Positions 10,830-21,674 of a stretch of 64,000 bases of DNA are shown here, piece after piece. This stretch comes from Escherichia coli (GTDB lineage: Bacteria > Pseudomonadota > Gammaproteobacteria > Enterobacterales > Enterobacteriaceae). A program made the position numbers and the translations under genes. Position 1 is the first letter of the stretch; every line of letters begins with the position of its first letter. The notes below the pieces were generated by a model that worked only from the letters and a program-made list of their open reading frames with translations, had not been told where the DNA came from and made no database searches. The stretch is taken from NCBI RefSeq assembly GCF_001677475.2, contig NZ_CP015229.1, one strand, 5' to 3'.

Positions 10830-11618
10830 TTAATACACGCCGGGCTTCACGGCGGTGGCCTGCGCACCAAACCGTGCTGCCAGCGCTTCGGCGGCGCGGG
10901 CGAGCAGGGTGGTGTCAACGCCGACGGCGACAAACAGCGCGCCCAGTTCCAGATAGCGTTTTGCCAGTTGCTCATTGGCGATCAGGATCCCCGGTGCTTT
11001 GCCCGCTTCGCGGATCTGCACGATCGCCTGCTCAATAGCGGCCTGTACTTCCGGGTGCTGCGGATTACCGGCATAACCCATATCGGCGCTCAGATCCGCC
11101 GGGCCGATAAACACGCCGTCTACTCCTTCCACGTCCAGAATCTGCGGTAAGTTCTTCATTGCCTCACGCGTTTCGATCTGCACCAGCACGCACATTTGAT
11201 CGTTGGCTTTTTGTAGGTAATCAGGAATACGATTCCAGCGCGAGGCGCGGGCCAGCGCACTGCCCACACCGCGAATACCGGCGGGGGGATAACGGGTGGC
11301 GCGTACCGCTTCACGGGCTTCGTCGGCGTTTTGTACCATCGGCACCAGTAAGGTTTGTGTGCCGACGTCCAGCAGTTGTTTGATTTGCACCGGATCGTTC
11401 CACGACGGACGCACTACCGGCTGGCTGGGGTAGGGCGCAATCGCCTGTAGCTGGGTGAGCACGGTTTGCACGTTATTCGGCGCGTGCTCACCGTCGATCA
11501 ACAACCAGTCGAATCCTGCTCCGGCCAGTAACTCTGCGCTGTAGCTGCTACTCAGCCCCAGCCATAATCCGATCTGCGGGCGGCCTGCTTTCAGCGCCGC
11601 TTTAAAACTGTTTTCCAT
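10830..11618 (-). CDS. hpaI: 2,4-dihydroxyhept-2-ene-1,7-dioate aldolase HpaI
   Basis: ORF track 10830..11759; internal Met [19 protein letters not shown] gives 262 aa class II aldolase-like protein. Confidence 0.85.
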
Positions 11619-11628
11619 CGTTCTCTCC

Positions 11629-12432
11629 TTAAACAAAGCGGCAGCTAATGGAACCCATGTTGCCGTAATCGACGTGGAAGGTGTCCCCCTTACGCGCCGG
11701 AACCGGGCGGGTGAACGAACCGCCGAGAATGATTTGCCCGGCTTCCAGTTGCACGTCATACGGTGCGAGTTTGTTCGCCAGCCAGGCCACGCCGTTTGCC
11801 GGATGATTCAGCACACCAGCGGCGACGCCGGTTTCTTCAATCACGCCATTGCGATACATCAGGGCGGAGATCCAACGTAGATCCAACTCATCGGGCTTAA
11901 TGGGACGACCTCCGAGAATCACCCCGGCATTGGCGGCGTTATCGGAAATGGTGTCGAATACTTTGCGCGGGCGCTGGGTTTCCGGATCGATGTTGTGGCA
12001 GCGAGCGTCGATCAGCTCCAGCGCCGGGATCACGTAGTCCGTGGCGTTGTAAACGTCGAACAGCGTGCAGTTTGGCCCACGCAGCGGTTTTGCCAGCACA
12101 AAAGCCAGCTCCACTTCAATGCGCGGCACGATGAAGCGATCGGTCGGGATATCGCTGCCATCGTGGAAGAACATGTCATCCAGCAGGGCACCGTAATCCG
12201 GTTCGCTGATTTGTGAGCTGGCCTGCATCGCTTTCGAGGTCAGGCCGATTTTGTGGCCTTTCAGCGTGCGGCCTTCGGCAATTTTCAGGCGTACCCATTC
12301 GCGCTGTACGGCGTAGGCGTCTTCGATGGTGATCTCCGGGTAATCCAGCGAGATCGCGCGGATCTGTTCGCGCTGTTTTTCTGCCTGATCCAGACGCTGG
12401 GCGATCAGTGTGTAGGTGTGTTTGTCGAACAT
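11629..12432 (-). CDS. hpaH: 2-oxo-hept-3-ene-1,7-dioate hydratase HpaH
   Basis: ORF track 11629..12498; start set at [19 protein letters not shown], 267 aa. Confidence 0.85.
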
Positions 12433-12500
12433 AGCGATATCCTGTGGCATTGCCGGATGGCGGCTGCGCCTTATCATCCGGCCTGGAAGCTGGTGCAAAT

Positions 12501-12881
12501 TTATTTAAACAACGCGTGTACGTTGTTCTGTTTGAAATTCAACGTCGGGTGCAGCTCTGCAATCTCAAATGAAAGCGCCAGGTAACGGCTCTCCATCAGT
12601 GAGGCGAAGTGCGTTTTAATCAGATCAAACAGCATTTCGCCCACTTCCTGACGGCTTTCCAGACTGCGTCCGCTGCCGATTTTTAGTGTCATATGCACAA
12701 AGGCGTAATCGTGCTTGCCATCAGCCATTTGCCAGGTATCGATCCAGTGCGCCCGGCTACGTATTCCCCCAAGCGGAAAAATCCCCGTCGCCGCCAGTGC
12801 AGTGTTAACACTGGCAAACAGCTCAGGTAAGCGGGCTTCTTGACGAATATTTTCAGTACATTCCACGATAAAGTGCGGCAT
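12501..12881 (-). CDS. hpaF: 5-carboxymethyl-2-hydroxymuconate isomerase HpaF
   Basis: ORF track, 126 aa, [22 protein letters not shown]. Confidence 0.85.
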   Translation of the reverse strand: MPHFIVECTENIRQEARLPELFASVNTALAATGIFPLGGIRSRAHWIDTWQMADGKHDYAFVHMTLKIGSGRSLESRQEVGEMLFDLIKTHFASLMESRYLALSFEIAELHPTLNFKQNNVHALFK

Positions 12882-12890
12882 GGTGGTTCC

Positions 12891-13742
12891 TTACGCGGGC
12901 AGCGGGAAAACAGCGTTAACCTGACCGGTGCCAGAGCTTGGGAACAGCTCGGTGATAAACTCCACCTTGCCGTCGTATTTATCCCAGCCGAGCATCCCCA
13001 GCAGCATCACCGTGTCGTGCATATTGCCTTCGCCGTAGCAGTAGTCGGCGTACTCCGGCAGCATATTGCAGAACTCTTTGAACTGGCCTTCGCGCCACAG
13101 CTTCACCACGCGCTCGTCCATCTGGCGGTCGAACTCGCGGGTGTAGCTGTTCATCCCTTCTTCTGCACGCTGATCGTCAATAAAGCGGTGCGATAACGAA
13201 CCGCTGGCAAGGACCGCCACGGTACCGTCGTACTGTTCGATCGCTTTCAGAATCGCTTCGCCCAGCTTGCGGCTGTCGGCAAAATCGTGAACCGTGCAGA
13301 AAGCCGAAATGGAAACCACTTTGAAGTGCTTGTCTTCATTCATGTAGCGCATTGGCACCAGCGTGCCGTATTCCAGTTTCAGGCTGGGAATGTTGTGCGC
13401 TTTCGCCCGCACGCCGAGCTTTAAGGCTTCATCGGCAATTAGCTGCCCCAACTCCGGGTTGCCCTCGTAGTTGTAGGTCATGTCACGAATAAAATGCGGC
13501 AGCTCGTTACTGGTGTAGACGCCTTCAAAATGGTCTGCACAGTTGATGTGATAAGCACTGTTGACCAGCCAGTGGGTATCGAAAACGATAATGGTATCGA
13601 CGCCCATTTCCCGGCAACGCTTGCTGATCTCTTTATGCCCGTCGATCGCGCCCTGGCGGCAACCGTGGTTTTTCCCTGGCAGTTCAGAGAGATACATCGA
13701 CGGTACGTGCGTGATCTTGGCGGCTAACGCTAACTTACCCAT
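12891..13742 (-). CDS. hpaD: 3,4-dihydroxyphenylacetate 2,3-dioxygenase HpaD
   Basis: ORF track, 283 aa extradiol dioxygenase-like; position in hpa operon. Confidence 0.85.
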   Translation of the reverse strand: MGKLALAAKITHVPSMYLSELPGKNHGCRQGAIDGHKEISKRCREMGVDTIIVFDTHWLVNSAYHINCADHFEGVYTSNELPHFIRDMTYNYEGNPELGQLIADEALKLGVRAKAHNIPSLKLEYGTLVPMRYMNEDKHFKVVSISAFCTVHDFADSRKLGEAILKAIEQYDGTVAVLASGSLSHRFIDDQRAEEGMNSYTREFDRQMDERVVKLWREGQFKEFCNMLPEYADYCYGEGNMHDTVMLLGMLGWDKYDGKVEFITELFPSSGTGQVNAVFPLPA

Positions 13743-13743
13743 A

Positions 13744-15210
13744 TCAGACTCCCCATTTCGGAATTGGATGGTCGCCCATGGAAATGCAGACGTTCTTCAT
13801 TTCCGCGAACACTTCGAAGCTGTACTCACCGCCTTCACGCCCGGTGCCGGAGGCTTTTACGCCGCCAAACGGCTGGCGCAGGTCGCGCACGTTCTGGGTG
13901 TTGACGAACACCATGCCTGCTTCAATGCCACGCGCCAGGCGTAACACTTTGCTGACATCCTGTGTCCAGATGTACGACGCGAGGCCGTACTCCACGTCGT
14001 TTGCCAGGCGCAGACCTGCGGCTTCGTCTTTAAACGGCAGCAGGCAGGCGACCGGCCCGAAAATCTCTTCCTGGGCGACGCGCATACGGTTATCAACGTC
14101 TGCCAGCACCGTTGGGCGCAGGAAGTTACCGCCTTTCAGGTGCGCAGGCAGGTCGGACGGTTTATCCGGACCGCCCGCCAGCAGGGTTGCGCCTTCTTCA
14201 ATGCCGAGACGGATATAGCCGGAGACTTTTTCCCAGTGTTGCTGGCTGATAAGCGCCCCAACCTGGGTATTCGGATCGTTCGGATCGCCCACGCGCAGAC
14301 GGTTGGCGCGTTCGGCAAAGCGTTTAACGAATTCTGGATAGATGCTCTGTTGAATAAAGATGCGCGAACCGGCGGTGCAGCGTTCGCCGTTGATTGAGAA
14401 GATGGTGAACAGGGCGGCGTCCAGCGCGCGCTCAATATCGGCATCTTCAAAAATCAGCACCGGCGATTTTCCGCCCAGTTCCATGGAGTATTTTTTCAGC
14501 CCGGCGTTTTTCATGATGTTGCGCCCGGTGGCGGTACCGCCGGTGAACGACACGGCACGCACGTCATGATGACGGACCAGCGCATCGCCTGCGGTTGCGC
14601 CGTAGCCCTGTACCACGTTCAGCACGCCCGCCGGAATACCGGCTTCCAGCGCCAGCTCACCCAGGCGGTCAGCGGTCAGCGGGGAGAGTTCTGACATTTT
14701 CAGTACCGCGGTATTGCCCAGCGCCAGACACGGCGCGACTTTCCAGGTGGCGGTCATAAACGGCACGTTCCACGGCGACACCAGTGCACAAACGCCTACC
14801 GGCTGCACCAGCGTGTAGTTGAGCATCTTGTCGTCGACCGGATAAGTCTTGCCGTTCATCTGCTGGCAGACTTCCGCGAAAAATTCAAAGTTGTGGGAAG
14901 CGCGTGGGATCAACACATTTTTGGTCTGATGGATTGGCAGGCCCGTGTCAGCGGTTTCCATCGCGGCGATCTCAGGCACGTTCTGGTCGATCAGATCGCC
15001 CAGACGGCGCATCAGGCGCGCACGCTCTTTCATCGGCAGATTGGCCCATTTCGGGAACGCCTCTTTCGCTGCCGCTACCGCCTGATTGATCTCCGCTTCA
15101 CCGCCGGAGGCCACATCCGCCAGCACCTCACCGGTTGCTGGATTGGTGGTCTGGAAATAGTCGTTACCTGCAACATTTTTGCCGTTGATCCAATGATTTA
15201 CTTTTTTCAT
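13744..15210 (-). CDS. hpaE: 5-carboxymethyl-2-hydroxymuconate semialdehyde dehydrogenase HpaE
   Basis: ORF track, 488 aa aldehyde dehydrogenase family. Confidence 0.85.
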   Translation of the reverse strand: MKKVNHWINGKNVAGNDYFQTTNPATGEVLADVASGGEAEINQAVAAAKEAFPKWANLPMKERARLMRRLGDLIDQNVPEIAAMETADTGLPIHQTKNVLIPRASHNFEFFAEVCQQMNGKTYPVDDKMLNYTLVQPVGVCALVSPWNVPFMTATWKVAPCLALGNTAVLKMSELSPLTADRLGELALEAGIPAGVLNVVQGYGATAGDALVRHHDVRAVSFTGGTATGRNIMKNAGLKKYSMELGGKSPVLIFEDADIERALDAALFTIFSINGERCTAGSRIFIQQSIYPEFVKRFAERANRLRVGDPNDPNTQVGALISQQHWEKVSGYIRLGIEEGATLLAGGPDKPSDLPAHLKGGNFLRPTVLADVDNRMRVAQEEIFGPVACLLPFKDEAAGLRLANDVEYGLASYIWTQDVSKVLRLARGIEAGMVFVNTQNVRDLRQPFGGVKASGTGREGGEYSFEVFAEMKNVCISMGDHPIPKWGV

Positions 15211-16496
15211 TTCGCTGTATCCTCACTCACAATTCGGTTCACCAGGTGGCCCACGCCTTCTACTTCCACCACTACTTCATCGCCAGGCACCACGTCAGAT
15301 AAGCCTTTTGGTGTGCCGGTGGCGATCATGTCGCCCGGATTCAGGGTCATAAATTCGCTTAAGTAGGCGATCAGGAAGGGCACGCTGAAGATCAGATCGG
15401 CGGTGGTGCCTTGCTGGCGTAACTCGCCGTTGACGAAGGTGCGAAGGGTCAGATTATGCGGGTCCGGGATCGCCTCTTTCGGCACGATGGTTGAAAGCAT
15501 CGGCGTCAGTCCGTCGCGGCTTTTTACCCGCAGGTTAGGGCGGTAGTAGTTTTCCAGATAGTCGCGAATGGCGTAGTCGTTACACACGGTGTAGCCCGCG
15601 ACATAATCCATGGCATCGGCTTCACTGACGTTACGCGCCTGCTTGCCAATAACTACCACCAGCTCCGCTTCGTAGTGCATGTATTCAATCTTGTTCGGGC
15701 GCACGGAGGTCTGGTTATCGCCAGTGAGGGTATTCGACGCTTTCAGGAACACCAGCGGCTCTTCCGGTGGCTTAAATTCCAGTTCGCTGGCGTGGTCGGC
15801 GTAGTTCAGGCCGAGGGCAAACAGCGTACCGTGCGGGTGTGGCAGCGTTGGGAAGCTCTTGCGCGTGGTCACTTCACGTTCGTCCACTACCGGATTTTCC
15901 AGCGGCGGGAAACCTTCTGCGAGAACACGAACGCGATCGCCTGGCTGTATTTCCACGCGCGCCTGTGGCGTGCCGAGCAGAATGGCATCGCCTGGATTCA
16001 GCGTGGCAAATTCGCTCAGGGCGCTCAGCAGCTGTGCGGCGTTACGTTGTAAATCGGCGGTGTTCCAGTGATCGGCAGGACGCCCGTTGATCTCGGTATA
16101 GATGGTCAGATTATCGACATTGCTGAGAGCCACGGTTTCGCCAATGGGGCAGAATCCATCACGACATTTTGCTTTGATTGCCGGGCGGTAAAAGCTCTCT
16201 TCCGGCAGGCTGACGTCGTTAGCCAGCGCATATCCGGCGATGTACTCTGCCGCATCTTCTTCACGTACTTTCGTCGCCGTTTTCCCCACAATCAGCGCAA
16301 CAGTCGCACCGCTCAGTACCTTTTCACCCTGTGGAAAGGGAATCGGTTCACCGCAACCAATCACCGTATTGCGCGGTTTAATAAACCAGACCGCAGTTTT
16401 AGGCGGGGCTTTGTAGGGGGATTTCTGGAACGCTTCCTGCCATGCATCAAGTTGGCTGCGATGGTTCAACGCTACGGCGAAGATAGTGCCTTTCAT
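15207..16496 (-). CDS. hpaG: Bifunctional 4-hydroxyphenylacetate degradation isomerase/decarboxylase HpaG
   Basis: ORF track 15207..16502 (GTG); ATG two codons in gives MKGTIFAVALNHRSQLDAW, 429 aa, duplicated FAH-like halves. Confidence 0.85.
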   Translation of the reverse strand: MKGTIFAVALNHRSQLDAWQEAFQKSPYKAPPKTAVWFIKPRNTVIGCGEPIPFPQGEKVLSGATVALIVGKTATKVREEDAAEYIAGYALANDVSLPEESFYRPAIKAKCRDGFCPIGETVALSNVDNLTIYTEINGRPADHWNTADLQRNAAQLLSALSEFATLNPGDAILLGTPQARVEIQPGDRVRVLAEGFPPLENPVVDEREVTTRKSFPTLPHPHGTLFALGLNYADHASELEFKPPEEPLVFLKASNTLTGDNQTSVRPNKIEYMHYEAELVVVIGKQARNVSEADAMDYVAGYTVCNDYAIRDYLENYYRPNLRVKSRDGLTPMLSTIVPKEAIPDPHNLTLRTFVNGELRQQGTTADLIFSVPFLIAYLSEFMTLNPGDMIATGTPKGLSDVVPGDEVVVEVEGVGHLVNRIVSEDTAK

Positions 16497-16521
16497 TACC
16501 ACTCCTCGGATTCGATCATCT

Positions 16522-16545
16522 TAATCATTAATATATTAATGATTA
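16522..16545. promoter_or_regulatory. Perfect 24-bp palindrome in hpaG/hpaR divergent promoter region; candidate HpaR operator
   Basis: taatcattaatatattaatgatta is its own reverse complement; lies ~25 bp upstream of hpaG start. Confidence 0.5.
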
Positions 16546-16767
16546 CTTTTATTCCCGATTGCGTAGTTTGGCAAAAGTAAGTGATGTAAATGTGATCTAA
16601 TTAACAAACTATTTACATTTAAAGATAATAAAATATTAAATATCAGCAAGTTAACAAAACATGCTCAATTTTGATAAAATGAAGAATTGCAGGGGCAGCG
16701 CAGTCCCGGTAACGTGATGATTAACTGTTTCTATATTAATGATTTTGAATTTTTCAGGGGAAAGATA

Positions 16768-17214
16768 ATGCACGACTCTCTAACCATTGCGTTGCTCCAG
16801 GCGCGAGAAGCGGCGATGAGTTATTTTCGCCCAATCGTTAAACGGCATAATTTGACTGAGCAACAGTGGCGCATCGTGCGTATTCTGGCGGAAAGCCCAT
16901 CAATGGATTTTCACGATCTGGCGTATCGCGCCTGCATTTTGCGCCCAAGCCTGACCGGGATCCTCACGCGGATGGAACGCGACGGTTTAGTGTTGCGATT
17001 AAAGCCGATCAATGATCAGCGGAAGCTCTATATCTCGCTGACCAAAGAGGGGCAGGCGCTGTATAACCGCGCTCAGACACAGATTGAAGAAGCCTATCGG
17101 CAGATTGAAGCTCAGTTTACTGCTGAGAAAATGCAACAGTTAACCCATCTGTTAGAGGAATTTATTGCTCTGGGTAATTCCCGACAAGAAGACATCCCGG
17201 GCGATAATGAATAA
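16768..17214 (+). CDS. hpaR: MarR-family repressor of the hpa meta-cleavage operon HpaR
   Basis: ORF track 16687..17214; ATG at 16768 preceded by AGGGGAAAG RBS; MHDSLTIALLQAREAAMSYFRP, 148 aa winged-helix protein divergent from hpaG. Confidence 0.8.
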   Translation: MHDSLTIALLQAREAAMSYFRPIVKRHNLTEQQWRIVRILAESPSMDFHDLAYRACILRPSLTGILTRMERDGLVLRLKPINDQRKLYISLTKEGQALYNRAQTQIEEAYRQIEAQFTAEKMQQLTHLLEEFIALGNSRQEDIPGDNE

Positions 17215-17332
17215 CTTTTTAGTATCTGATAACCAGCGTCTGGTTTTTCCATGGATGGCGGGTTACACCTTTTCATAAAGTTTTTGCTTTCCAGGCCGAA
17301 AATCTTGCATCGGTCCACAGGAAAGAGAAACC

Positions 17333-18997
17333 ATGTTAAAACGTATCAAAATTGTGACCAGCTTACTGCTGGTTTTGGCCGTTTTTGGCCTTTTACAACT
17401 GACATCAGGCGGTCTGTTCTTTAATGCCTTAAAGAATGACAAAGAAAATTTCACTGTTTTACAAACCATTCGCCAGCAGCAATCCACGCTGAATGGCAGC
17501 TGGGTCGCGTTGTTGCAGACGCGTAACACCCTCAACCGCGCGGGTATCCGCTACATGATGGATCAGAATAATATTGGTAGCGGTTCAACCGTTGCTGAGC
17601 TGATGCAGAGTGCCAGTACTTCGCTGAAACAGGCGGAAAAAAACTGGGCGGATTACGAAGCGTTGCCGCGTGACCCGCGTCAGAGCACCGCCGCAGCGGC
17701 AGAGATCAAACGTAATTACGATATTTATCACAATGCGCTGGCGGAGCTGATCCAACTATTAGGTGCAGGCAAAATCAACGAGTTCTTTGATCAGCCGACT
17801 CAGGGATATCAGGACGGTTTCGAGAAGCAGTATGTGGCTTACATGGAGCAAAACGATCGGCTCTATGATATTGCCGTCAGCGATAACAATGCCTCCTACA
17901 GCCAGGCGATGTGGATTCTGGTGGGCGTGATGGTCGTCGTACTGGCGGTCATCTTCGCCGTCTGGTTCGGTATTAAAGCCTCGTTGGTAGCGCCAATGAA
18001 TCGCCTGATTGACAGCATTCGTCATATTGCAGGCGGCGATCTGGTGAAACCGATTGAGGTGGATGGCTCTAATGAGATGGGGCAACTGGCAGAGAGTTTG
18101 CGCCATATGCAGGGAGAGCTGATGCGTACCGTCGGTGATGTGCGCAACGGGGCCAATGCCATCTATAGCGGTGCCAGCGAAATAGCTACCGGCAATAACG
18201 ATCTCTCTTCGCGCACCGAGCAACAGGCCGCTTCGCTGGAAGAGACGGCAGCCAGCATGGAGCAACTGACCGCAACGGTGAAGCAGAACGCCGAAAATGC
18301 GCGCCAGGCCAGCCACCTGGCGTTAAGTGCTTCCGAAACGGCGCAACGCGGTGGCAAAGTGGTGGATAACGTGGTGCAGACTATGCGCGATATCTCCACC
18401 AGTTCGCAGAAAATCGCCGATATTATCAGCGTAATTGACGGCATTGCCTTCCAGACCAATATTCTGGCTTTGAACGCGGCGGTTGAGGCTGCGCGTGCTG
18501 GTGAGCAAGGACGCGGTTTTGCGGTGGTCGCGGGAGAAGTGCGTAATTTAGCCCAGCGTAGCGCTCAGGCGGCTCGTGAAATTAAAAGCCTGATTGAAGA
18601 CTCGGTGGGGAAAGTAGATGTTGGCTCTACGCTGGTCGAAAGCGCTGGGGAAACAATGGCGGAGATTGTCAGCGCCGTGACCCGCGTGACGGACATTATG
18701 GGCGAAATTGCTTCTGCTTCTGATGAGCAGAGCCGTGGTATCGATCAGGTTGGCTTAGCGGTTGCTGAGATGGACCGGGTAACTCAACAGAACGCCGCGC
18801 TGGTGGAAGAATCTGCCGCCGCCGCCGCCGCGCTGGAAGAGCAGGCCAGTCGCCTGACCGAAGCAGTGGCAGTGTTCCGGATTCAGCAACAGCAGCAACA
18901 GCATCGTGAAACATCGGCTGTGGTAAAAACCGTGACGCCAGCTACGCCGCGTAAAATGGCCGTGGCAGATAGCGAGGAGAACTGGGAAACATTTTAA
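17333..18997 (+). CDS. tsr: Methyl-accepting chemotaxis protein I (serine chemoreceptor) Tsr
   Basis: ORF track 554 aa; [40 protein letters not shown]..., HAMP and MCP signalling domain, C-terminal NWETF. Confidence 0.95.
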   Translation: MLKRIKIVTSLLLVLAVFGLLQLTSGGLFFNALKNDKENFTVLQTIRQQQSTLNGSWVALLQTRNTLNRAGIRYMMDQNNIGSGSTVAELMQSASTSLKQAEKNWADYEALPRDPRQSTAAAAEIKRNYDIYHNALAELIQLLGAGKINEFFDQPTQGYQDGFEKQYVAYMEQNDRLYDIAVSDNNASYSQAMWILVGVMVVVLAVIFAVWFGIKASLVAPMNRLIDSIRHIAGGDLVKPIEVDGSNEMGQLAESLRHMQGELMRTVGDVRNGANAIYSGASEIATGNNDLSSRTEQQAASLEETAASMEQLTATVKQNAENARQASHLALSASETAQRGGKVVDNVVQTMRDISTSSQKIADIISVIDGIAFQTNILALNAAVEAARAGEQGRGFAVVAGEVRNLAQRSAQAAREIKSLIEDSVGKVDVGSTLVESAGETMAEIVSAVTRVTDIMGEIASASDEQSRGIDQVGLAVAEMDRVTQQNAALVEESAAAAAALEEQASRLTEAVAVFRIQQQQQQHRETSAVVKTVTPATPRKMAVADSEENWETF

Positions 18998-19010
18998 TCG
19001 TCATAAAAAT

Positions 19011-19036
19011 GCCCGATAAGCAAAATGTTATCGGGC
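19011..19036 (-). terminator. Hairpin terminator between convergent tsr and lgoT
   Basis: gcccgataa/ttatcgggc stem, A-run upstream and T-run on minus strand. Confidence 0.5.
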
Positions 19037-19045
19037 ATAGGGAGA

Positions 19046-20407
19046 TTAATCTTTCCGTGGGTCGTTGATCGGCTGACGAACCAGGAAGATGTACGCCAGT
19101 GCCCCCGCTGCGGTGACGCAACCGCAGATGATTAGTGCCAGACGGAATGAGTGGGTGGTATCAACAATAAAACCAGTAATGATCGGCGCGAAAGAGGCGC
19201 AGATGAAGCTGGCAAAGTTCTGGATACTGCCCACCGACGCAGTCATGCGAGAAGCAACTGCGACGTGGATCAATCCCCAGCAGGATGTTCCTGCAAAGTG
19301 AATACAGAACAGTGCCATACCAATCAGCAGAACCGCTGTCATAGATGTTGTCGCTTGCGGTACGACCAGCGTAAAGGCGGCAGAACAGAACATCCCGGCA
19401 ATAATGCAGATCTTACGGCTTTTAATCGGAGCCATTCCCCCTTTGACCAGCCAGTCAGTAACGTAACCGTTGACCAGCATCCCGGCAGCCCCAAACAGGA
19501 AAGGGATAGCCGCCATCAACCCTGTGCTTTTTAAATCCAGGTTATAGGCTGTTTGCAGGTAACCAGGAAGCCAGGCCAGGTACAGCCACGCAGTGTAGTT
19601 GATGCCACTGAATCCGAGCATCATTCCCCACATTGTGCGGTTACGGAACAGGCTGCGCCATTCGGCAAAACTGAGCGGATCTCGGCGGGCATTGACACTA
19701 CCAGCATTGAGGTAAGCTTGTTCAACGGCAGTCAGTTCTACGTGCTCGCGGTTGCGATAGAGCATATACCAGCCAATGGCGAGAAAAATCCCCAGCACAC
19801 CAATGGTAATAAACATCCCACGCCAGCCCATCACCAGCATCATCGCCGCCAGAATCGGTGGGCTTACGGCAACGCCAATGGTAGAAGCTGCGTTGAAGAA
19901 GCCCATCGGGCGTCCGCGCTCTTTGATGTTGAACCAGTCATTAATGACTTTTACACCACATGGGTTCATCGGCGCTTCACCAATTCCCATACCGATACGC
20001 ACCAACACGAACTGCGTAAAGCTGTGCACCATGCCAGACATTGCCTGGAACAGTGACCAGAAGAACATCCCAAGTCCCAGCATCAGGCGCGGGCCTTTAC
20101 GATCCAATAGTGGGCCGCAAGGAAGTTGCGCAATCCCGTAAGCGAGTGAAAACACGGAGAGCAAAGCGCCGATTTCGGTGGCACTTAATCCCAATTCTTC
20201 ACGAATCGTTAAATTTGCTACCGACAGCGAACTGCGGTCGAGATAATTGATTACCGCCGCAAAAAATAATAACAACATGGCGGTGGTTTGAATGCGTTTA
20301 ATTCGGGTACTGCGTTGAACTAATCCATCTGGTGGCACGGGAATATCTGCCGACGAAGATGGAGTAAATGAAGAACGCGGATCGAGGGTGATATTTTCTT
20401 TTTCCAC
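19046..20407 (-). CDS. lgoT: L-galactonate MFS transporter LgoT (YjjL)
   Basis: ORF track 453 aa MFS protein; synteny tsr-yjjL-yjjM-yjjN. Confidence 0.85.
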   Translation of the reverse strand: MEKENITLDPRSSFTPSSSADIPVPPDGLVQRSTRIKRIQTTAMLLLFFAAVINYLDRSSLSVANLTIREELGLSATEIGALLSVFSLAYGIAQLPCGPLLDRKGPRLMLGLGMFFWSLFQAMSGMVHSFTQFVLVRIGMGIGEAPMNPCGVKVINDWFNIKERGRPMGFFNAASTIGVAVSPPILAAMMLVMGWRGMFITIGVLGIFLAIGWYMLYRNREHVELTAVEQAYLNAGSVNARRDPLSFAEWRSLFRNRTMWGMMLGFSGINYTAWLYLAWLPGYLQTAYNLDLKSTGLMAAIPFLFGAAGMLVNGYVTDWLVKGGMAPIKSRKICIIAGMFCSAAFTLVVPQATTSMTAVLLIGMALFCIHFAGTSCWGLIHVAVASRMTASVGSIQNFASFICASFAPIITGFIVDTTHSFRLALIICGCVTAAGALAYIFLVRQPINDPRKD

Positions 20408-20621
20408 GCCGGACTCCTGTATTTATAATTTTAATTGTTTACGTAATTGTGCATTACGCAAGGTTGACATTAACGGCAGGTTAAAGTTTTAGGACTTTAC
20501 TACCGCTCACAAAAACATTTTTAGTCGACTGATTGTGAGCATAGGTAAGCGGGAATTTCCCGGTATTTATCTTTTGATAAAACCGTGCACCCGCTAATAG
20601 TTTGCTGTTTTTAATCCGTAC

Positions 20622-21536
20622 TTAATGAGCATAACGCGTGTTCTCATTAATGGATCGAATCATTGATTGTTTAGCTGAATTCAAATGGTTACGGAGCGCA
20701 AGGGTGGCATCAAGGTCACTGCGGCAAATCAGAGCGCTGAGAATGGTCATATGCTCATCGACGGCAATGATATTGCGCTGTTTAAGATCGCTTTCGTCCC
20801 ATTGATAGTGAAAATGAAAGATGACTGAGATGATCTCAAGCGATTGATCAAAAAAGATATTGTCGGCAGCTGAAAGCAGTAAGGAGTGAAAATCTCTGTC
20901 AAGTTGCGAGAACATGCGAAAGCTATTGCCGATGTTGTCACGCAGTAGCCGATGACGTTCGAGCATGGTTTTCGCCTGCAGCCAGCGGGGATCATGATCA
21001 GGCAGGTTGAGAAAGTGCTGAAGTGAATGTGTTTCGAGCATTTCGCGTAGCTCAAACAGCTGCTCGGCGTAGGATTGATCGAATTGTTTCATGCTCCACT
21101 GGCCGCGCTTTTCGCTTTGAATAAGATTATAACGGCCGAATTTTAAAAGATATTCTCTTACTACAACCGGGCTGACACCCGCGGCCCGAGCCAGTTGCAG
21201 TTCAGAAAAAGTTTCCCCAGGGCGTAACTGACGCTGGTTTATCATCGTGAAAAAAGCCTGCTCAAACACTTTGTTTTGTTCACTCATTGAAGCGGTAGTA
21301 CAGGCGAAACCGTCATCATGGTCAGGTTTACGCGCAATAACATAGTCGTTTCCAACCTGCGTTAAGACGCCGCATTCGCGTAAGTGGCTGAGAATATGAC
21401 GCACTGTAGTGCGGCTGATGTTGTACATTTCCGCCAGCGCACTTTGCGATGGAAGTGGGGAAGGGATATGACCCCGCGCCATATCATCAATGACCTGGTT
21501 AATCACATTGTGGCGTAAATTTTGTGAACGACTCAT
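20622..21536 (-). CDS. lgoR: GntR-family regulator LgoR (YjjM)
   Basis: ORF track 304 aa; N-terminal GntR HTH; synteny. Confidence 0.85.
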   Translation of the reverse strand: MSRSQNLRHNVINQVIDDMARGHIPSPLPSQSALAEMYNISRTTVRHILSHLRECGVLTQVGNDYVIARKPDHDDGFACTTASMSEQNKVFEQAFFTMINQRQLRPGETFSELQLARAAGVSPVVVREYLLKFGRYNLIQSEKRGQWSMKQFDQSYAEQLFELREMLETHSLQHFLNLPDHDPRWLQAKTMLERHRLLRDNIGNSFRMFSQLDRDFHSLLLSAADNIFFDQSLEIISVIFHFHYQWDESDLKQRNIIAVDEHMTILSALICRSDLDATLALRNHLNSAKQSMIRSINENTRYAH

Positions 21537-21674
21537 ATTTTCCTCCTTGTGAGTCCATTAAAACCCGATTTAAAACATTTTTATGCGTGTGTTTTCACAA
21601 AACAGATTTTCCGTTCCGCTGCCATTTTTCATTTTCATTGATATCTAAGGCAACAAAAAATGGAGAGCCGAATC

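Noticed and set aside
17759-18316. 185-aa minus-strand ORF inside tsr
   Set aside because: Antisense to the clearly identified tsr gene.
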